Assembly (NCBI GenBank): GCA_964016885.1
Contig: CAXHJY010000723.1
Location: 1-42,042, forward strand
Direction: 5' to 3'
Source: Eledone cirrhosa
Taxonomy: Eukaryota
DNA: 42,042 nt
The notes beneath the pieces were generated by a model. That model did no database searches, was not told the DNA's origin, and was given only the letters and a program-made list of their open reading frames with translations. Positions 36,382-42,042 of the stretch are shown one piece after another; position 1 is the stretch's first letter, and every line of letters starts with the position of its first letter. A program made the position numbers and the translations under genes.

Positions 36382-36562
36382 CTATAGCTGTTATTTCTTA
36401 AATGTTCATCTGGGTTAATGGATTAAGTGTAAGAAAGTTGAAAGGAAATCTGTGTTTGTGACTACATGGGCATATAAAATAATTGGAAAGAAAAGCTAAA
36501 ATATGATACATGCTACCAATTCATCGCCGATTTATTAATGGCGGCAGCCTTAATTTATAAGC

Positions 36563-37081
36563 CAGGAATTCCCAAACTTATTTAGTCATCGCCCGATTTC
36601 ACATGAAAAAATATTTCTCCACCCACTGGTATAGTAAATATTCAAAAGCATACCAAATATATTTGGTAAAAGTTTGTTACTGGTTCATTATTCCCATTTA
36701 GCTTCCTGTATTCTTTTGTTTTTTTTATATACAGGTTCTTTGCATATCTCATTTGAATATTTGACTGGGCGGGGGTGGGGGTAGTAGTATTAGCATATCT
36801 TGAAATACCTTTTTAATACTCAAAATTCTATTCCGTCCACGAACATTTCCTATCGTCCACCATTATCTGTTCAGTTGTTTTGAGTTCAAATCCCGTCGAG
36901 GTTAACTTTGCCTTTCATCCTTACGGGGTCGATAAAATAAAGTACCAGTAATGCACTAGGTAATTGCTGGCCTTGTGCCAAAAGTAGAAACAATTATCTG
37001 TTCAGTTGTTCATCGTCCCCCCAACAATTGAAATCGCCCATCGATGGGCAATATAAGTATAGTCCAGGCTGAGTAACCCTG
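36563..37081. mobile_element. hAT-superfamily MITE with 8-bp TSD
   Basis: TTATAAGC|caggaattcccaaact ... aggctgagtaaccctg|TTATAAGC. Confidence 0.8.
36880..36995 (+). mobile_element. 5'-truncated SINE family A with 18-bp TSD, nested in the hAT MITE
   Basis: attatctgttcagttgtt occurs at 36862-36879 and 36993-37010. Confidence 0.92.
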
Positions 37082-37187
37082 TTATAAGCAAAGATGTGAT
37101 AAAGCCTCTACAGTTACAACAATTACATTCCTTAGCAAACTATACTTTATTTTTAAAAAAAAAGGACAAACGGACGAACCCCGCCCT

Positions 37188-37330
37188 AACAGGTACTACT
37201 ACTACTCCGGGCCAGAGCAGACCTGGGAGTGATAACAACTAAGGGGTAACCCCACATTCCCCCACAGCTCCTGAACTCCCGAACTGGAGCCTTGCCACTG
37301 GATGTAGTTTAATGTCATACCCAGGACATC
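37188..37330 (+). mobile_element. Retroposon 3'-end-like dispersed repeat
   Basis: actggagcct.gccactggatg.agtttaatgtcatacccaggaca resembles a common octopus repeat tail. Recognised from memory only. Confidence 0.45.
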
Positions 37331-37934
37331 TCGGGAATTTTATCCGCCCTAGATAGATATTAGTTAAAATAAACAATATCTTTTTTAATAATTAAACAGG
37401 ACACACACACTTCTTTTTCTGTAAATTTGGTGTAATAATATGATTATTGAAGTTTTATCCACCAAATATATTTTTTATTATATATGTAATTAAGGTAAAG
37501 AAACCATTATATATGTAATTAAGGTGAGCAAAGAATGGCTATTAACTACCCCGATATATTATTCCCTGTTGCTAGAAAGAGAGTTAGAACGAGTAACATC
37601 ACACGAAACAATTACTTTTCTGCAAAATGATGGTCCTCCTCACCACATTCGATTTATCTTACGTAATTAGATTCCTAGTTTATGTGACGTCATGCTTTTC
37701 TCAATAATGGATTTGAAGAGGCGTATATTGTTTCTCGTAGATAATGGATTATGCATTACATCCTTGAATTATTTGTATGGAAAAATATAAATTAATAACA
37801 CTTTAAACTTTTCGTTGGTCATATAAAAATGTTTCACTTTTTTTTTTTCTAACAAAAATCTTTTTAAATTTGACCTAAAAAACAACCAAATTCAACTTAA
37901 CTTGCAAATCACCGACCCAGGAAACGAAGAAGTG

Positions 37935-38014
<80 letters not shown>

Positions 38015-38165
38015 CATACATATATATATATTCATATATACATACATATATATATATTCATATATACATACATATATATATATATTCATATATACATACA
38101 TATATATATATTCATATATACATACATACATATATATTCATATATACATACATATATATTCATAT

Positions 38166-38233
<68 letters not shown>

Positions 38234-38341
38234 TCATATATACATACATATATATATATATATATATTCATATATACATTCATATATATATATATATATA
38301 TATGTATACATACATACATATATATATATTCATACATACAA

Positions 38342-38381
<40 letters not shown>

Positions 38382-38520
38382 GGGATAACAAATTATCGTT
38401 ATAGGTAATCCAGTTAGAGGTTGTGAATACTCCGTATTATGGATAGTTTTAGCGTACGGCGTTGTTTGATTCAACAAGAGGTTTCCTTAGTATATTACAA
38501 AGGCCGTGTATAATTTTAAT

Positions 38521-38633
38521 CAGTTTTTCTGATGATTTGATTAAGCATACATTGTATTTAAAATTGAGTGACACAACTTCAAGTGATTAGCTATTTTTAG
38601 ACAACTTAATCAATGAAACAATTGTTAATACTG
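38521..38633 (+). ncRNA. Type I hammerhead ribozyme motif with long stem II
   Basis: cagttttt-CTGATGA(38529)-t-ttgattaag...cttaatcaa-t-GAAAC(38615)-aatt-GTT-aatactg. Island spans 38382-38685 between (TA)n tracts. Confidence 0.7.
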
Positions 38634-38680
38634 TAAATAAAACCCTTTTTGTACTGTTGACCATGTTATTCTTCACTCTT

Positions 38681-38741
<61 letters not shown>

Positions 38742-38742
<1 letters not shown>

Positions 38743-38905
38743 AATACATTATCGGAGAAAGCTTTTTTACGATACTCCGGCCAAATTCCAACTCACTCAA
38801 CAAACATTAGGAAATAAGTGAGTATATTCCTAATTAAACGTTCGGGGTGCTAACTAAATGTATTGTGTGGAAAATTGGCTGTATTATTTCATATGAGACA
38901 TATTG

Positions 38906-38910
<5 letters not shown>
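38742..38910 (-). mobile_element. Second copy of the 20355-20540 repeat
   Basis: Reverse-complement similarity; flanked by (TA)n. Confidence 0.75.
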
Positions 38911-38951
<41 letters not shown>

Positions 38952-39165
38952 AGTTATTAATTTACTGATATTTTTTATCTGAGTGTCCCGAATCTTCCGT
39001 TATCGATTTTTTTCGATCGTGCGGTTGATTATAGACTTGTTCTATGTGTGACGGTATTTTAACGATAGTTATAGCTCTGATTTATCTAAATCAGCGAGCA
39101 CTCTGCCGCTCATATCGAATTTTGTTTATCGTGAACTCGTGCGCCGATTTTTCGATACTCGATCA

Positions 39166-39224
<59 letters not shown>

Positions 39225-39377
39225 CGTTGAAATAGATAGAAGGTTAAACAATGCAAAATGATCTATAAGATGACAGTGTTGACTTCTATTTCATTGTTAT
39301 ATATGGTTATATAATATATATAATATAATATATATGGTTATATAGTATATATTATTTACATACATATACATACACAC

Positions 39378-39445
<68 letters not shown>

Positions 39446-39799
39446 TATAAAAATGTCATAATGATCTTTAGGAACAGTCCTGCACATGATTACTATATAA
39501 AAGTCATGTACCATAACTATATAACTCGGAGAAGCAGTTGTTTGTTTGCTTGGGTGTGTGTGAGGGAAAGAGAGTGGGGGGGGGGGGGAAGAAAGAGAGA
39601 ATATGACTCGTTTATTTGATGGTTTTTTTTTATTGTTTATTTAAATTTTTATTTTGTGGTTTGTTTGTGCTTATTTGCATATCGACATTTACATTTGTTA
39701 CATTCAACCTAATTATTCGTAATGTGCACTTTTCATTGACCTTTGTATAATTGATGCATACGATTTATATACCCCCCTCTCCACATACACATAAACATA

Positions 39800-39881
<82 letters not shown>

Positions 39882-39989
39882 TGTATAAGAGTAGAGCCAC
39901 GAGAAAAATACGGCAAACAAAATGTGATAAACAACAAGGACAACGAACGAGACTACAAGGTCAATATAGCGTGGAAAGAACATGAGATG

Positions 39990-40029
39990 GGAGGGACCTT
40001 GAACGTTTCGGACGGTGGTCCTTCGTCAA
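39990..40029 (-). ncRNA. Truncated hammerhead motif in an inverted pLTR end
   Basis: (T)TGACGA-a-ggac-cacc-gtcc-GAAAC-gttc... The 5' strand of stem I is missing. Confidence 0.55.
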
Positions 40030-40074
40030 ATTACCAAAAAAAGCCCCCCCCCCCCCCAACAACAACTACTTTGT

Positions 40075-40590
40075 TCTGTAAATTCACATCTACCATTACC
40101 TTCCACTTCTTTTAACTTCCTGGACACTCCCATTTCTATTGACCACGCCAATCTCTCCTTTTACAAAACCAGTGACTTTCCTGTCTCACACCCATCACTC
40201 ATACATCGACTTCACCACATCCCACCCTACCTCACCCCATTCACACTAAATCTGCCAACCCTTCACCACAATTCCTCCTCCACACCTGTCAACTCTATAG
40301 CCAACACTTCGATGGTCCACATGATCCGCTATTTCCTACATGTTTGCCCTCCAGCCAGTCGTTGTCGATTATCACCGCTAGGCCCGCTTTATTTACCACA
40401 CCTCAGCACTCAGACCCATGTATCCGCCCCATCACCAATCACCACCTCCCCCTCCCCTCATCATCTAATTTCCTGCCACCTTACTTCCATAATGCATCAT
40501 CTCTCAAAACAAAAAAACCAATCTCCCCAACCCTTCTCAGTTCCCGATTCCCGTACATTTTCTCCTGTCCTTCACGCCTAACTAACCAGT
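40075..40590 (+). pseudogene. Decayed Penelope-like reverse transcriptase (thumb region)
   Basis: Across frameshifts: KFTSTI, STSFNFLDTPISIDHANLSFYKTSD, HSYIDFTTSHP, HTKSANPSPQFL, MIRYFL. These match the PLE consensus KFT..I....FLD..I....YxKPTD.HSYL.F.SSHP.H.K.SIPYSQFLR. Confidence 0.8.
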
Positions 40591-40666
40591 GCCACAGAAC
40601 CTCAATCTCCCCCACCACCACCAAATCAGTGCCACAGAACCTCAATCTCCCCCACCACCACCAAAT
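40587..40666 (+). repeat. 40-bp tandem duplication
   Basis: cagtgccacagaacctcaatctcccccaccaccaccaaat occurs twice. Confidence 0.95.
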
Positions 40667-40859
40667 CTACCTCTGCTATTTCTTTGTGCAGACCTGGAGA
40701 GAGGATGGCCTGTGGTCAGGTTTAAAATGTCCAAGAGACGTCGTGTGTTATTATGGCACCTTTATATGTAGATTTTAGCAAAAGAGAGAATGGAAAGATG
40801 CTAGCCTCCGTCTGGTTTAAAATACCCAGTGAAAGAATTGAAGTGAGAAAGAGATATAG

Positions 40860-40985
40860 AGGAAGAATCGACCCCAGTATTTGACTGGTACCTTTTTTTA
40901 TCGACTTCAAAAGGATAAAAGTCAAAGTTGACCTCGGTGGAATTTGAAATCAAAGAGAGCAGAGTGCTGGAACAAATACCACTAC
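40860..40985 (-). mobile_element. Old SINE family A-related copy
   Basis: aatcgaccccagtatttgactggtac...aaagttgacctcggtggaatttgaa. Confidence 0.75.
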
Positions 40986-41080
40986 GTTACTTTTACGACT
41001 CCATCGGGAGTTACGGGTTCATATATGTACATGTTAGCAAGAGAAAGACTTGGAGATAGGATGGGCTTCGTCAGACTTAA

Positions 41081-41290
41081 CCCTTTAAAACATTTACATT
41101 ACTCTATATTTACTATTATATTTTCATTGTAAAGGCTTTATCTCAGATAATCATCCATCTCACATAATATGGAATCTATGAGATTTTGAACAATACCTTA
41201 GCATCAATATGAGCCGCCCGTTACAACTAGTTTGAACAGAAAGAGGGGAGAGAATTCTGGCCGGATACGGCCGGAACAAATGTCAAAGGG
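41081..41290. mobile_element. piggyBac-type MITE
   Basis: TTAA|ccctttaaaacattt ... aaatgtcaaaggg|TTAA. Confidence 0.75.
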
Positions 41291-41519
41291 TTAAAGTACC
41301 CAAGACACGTTGTATGTTACTACAACACGTTTACGACTCCATCAGGAGATACGAATCTATACTGTACATTTTAGCAAGAGAAAGAAAATATTTCAGCGTT
41401 TGGATTAAATCTTCTGTACAGAAAGCAAATCGTAGATCAAAATTAAATAGCCACCTTTCCAAAACTAGTAAAGATTTTAATAGATTGTGAAGCCATCAGT
41501 CTTGGTGACACGAACAACA

Positions 41520-41930
41520 CAGTTATAAGACATCTTATAAAACTCAAACAGCAGTTCTCAGATTAATTTCTAGAATTTGATTTATATACTGTCAGTTTAT
41601 CTGAGAATTCTTTGCTGAGAATTCCTAGCTGTAAAATTGTTGATATGTCTGTCTGAAGATCTTGAATAATTGGCAAATGCACTTCTTAAATATCACTCCA
41701 ACAGTGAAGCACTCAAGGAATTTCAGAACAAAACAGATAAAATCTCTAATCTTACTGGATGTCAGAAACAGAAATGTTTTTCAAGGTTGCTCATGTGGAA
41801 GCAACAAAAATATTGATACGTTTTGCAACAATCTAACTTTATGGAGGGTTTTCTTCGTCGAGAACTGGAAAACAATTTACAGGGAATGACTTGACCCCCA
41901 AAAGTAGCACCCAAGCTGCTCTGCAGGGTC
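41520..41930 (+). pseudogene. Decayed hAT (Charlie/Buster-like) transposase C-terminal region
   Basis: VIRHLIKLKQQFSD*F and YWMSETEMFFKVAHVEATKILIRFATI*LYGGFSS..K...NDL....QAAL fit the consensus FW....EYP.L...A.K.L.PFATTYLCE.GFS. Confidence 0.75.
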
Positions 41931-42042
41931 AGACTTTCACTTGTTGAGGCCCTAAGTTAAATGATTTTTAGGTCTTTCTGTAAAAAAATATATTAATTAT
42001 TTTTTATATTAATGTTAATGATAAAGGATAAATTATATATTG

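Overview
Non-coding, repeat-dominated eukaryotic DNA, most likely intronic or intergenic sequence from an octopod cephalopod. That assignment is inferred from the tRNA-derived SINE families and the very high (TA)n/(CA)n/(GA)n/(GGT)n content. I cannot support any intact host gene, and nearly all supplied ORFs are microsatellite artefacts. The main signal lies in the short islands between (TA)n tracts. Many of them are 3' ends (pseudo-LTRs, pLTRs) of Penelope-like retroelements (PLEs) carrying type I hammerhead ribozyme (HHR) motifs. By eye I count 11 motifs with intact CUGANGA/GAAA/NUH cores and a pairing stem I, 2 more with a weak stem I, and about 8 truncated or degenerate ones, from at least 6 sequence families. 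Many sit in long fold-back palindromes (arms about 29-420 bp), and the inversion junction often falls within the ribozyme itself. Two islands retain PLE protein remnants: a GIY-YIG endonuclease C-terminus (19364-19582) and an RT thumb region (about 40075-40590). Unrelated families share a second hairpin motif downstream of the HHR and short terminal motifs. Also present: many SINE copies, mariner/hAT/piggyBac MITEs, a decayed hAT transposase, a decayed OTU-like fragment, 44-, 47- and 144-bp tandem repeats, and a local ~290-bp duplication. Coordinates were read by eye and may be off by a few bases. Ribozyme activity is untested.
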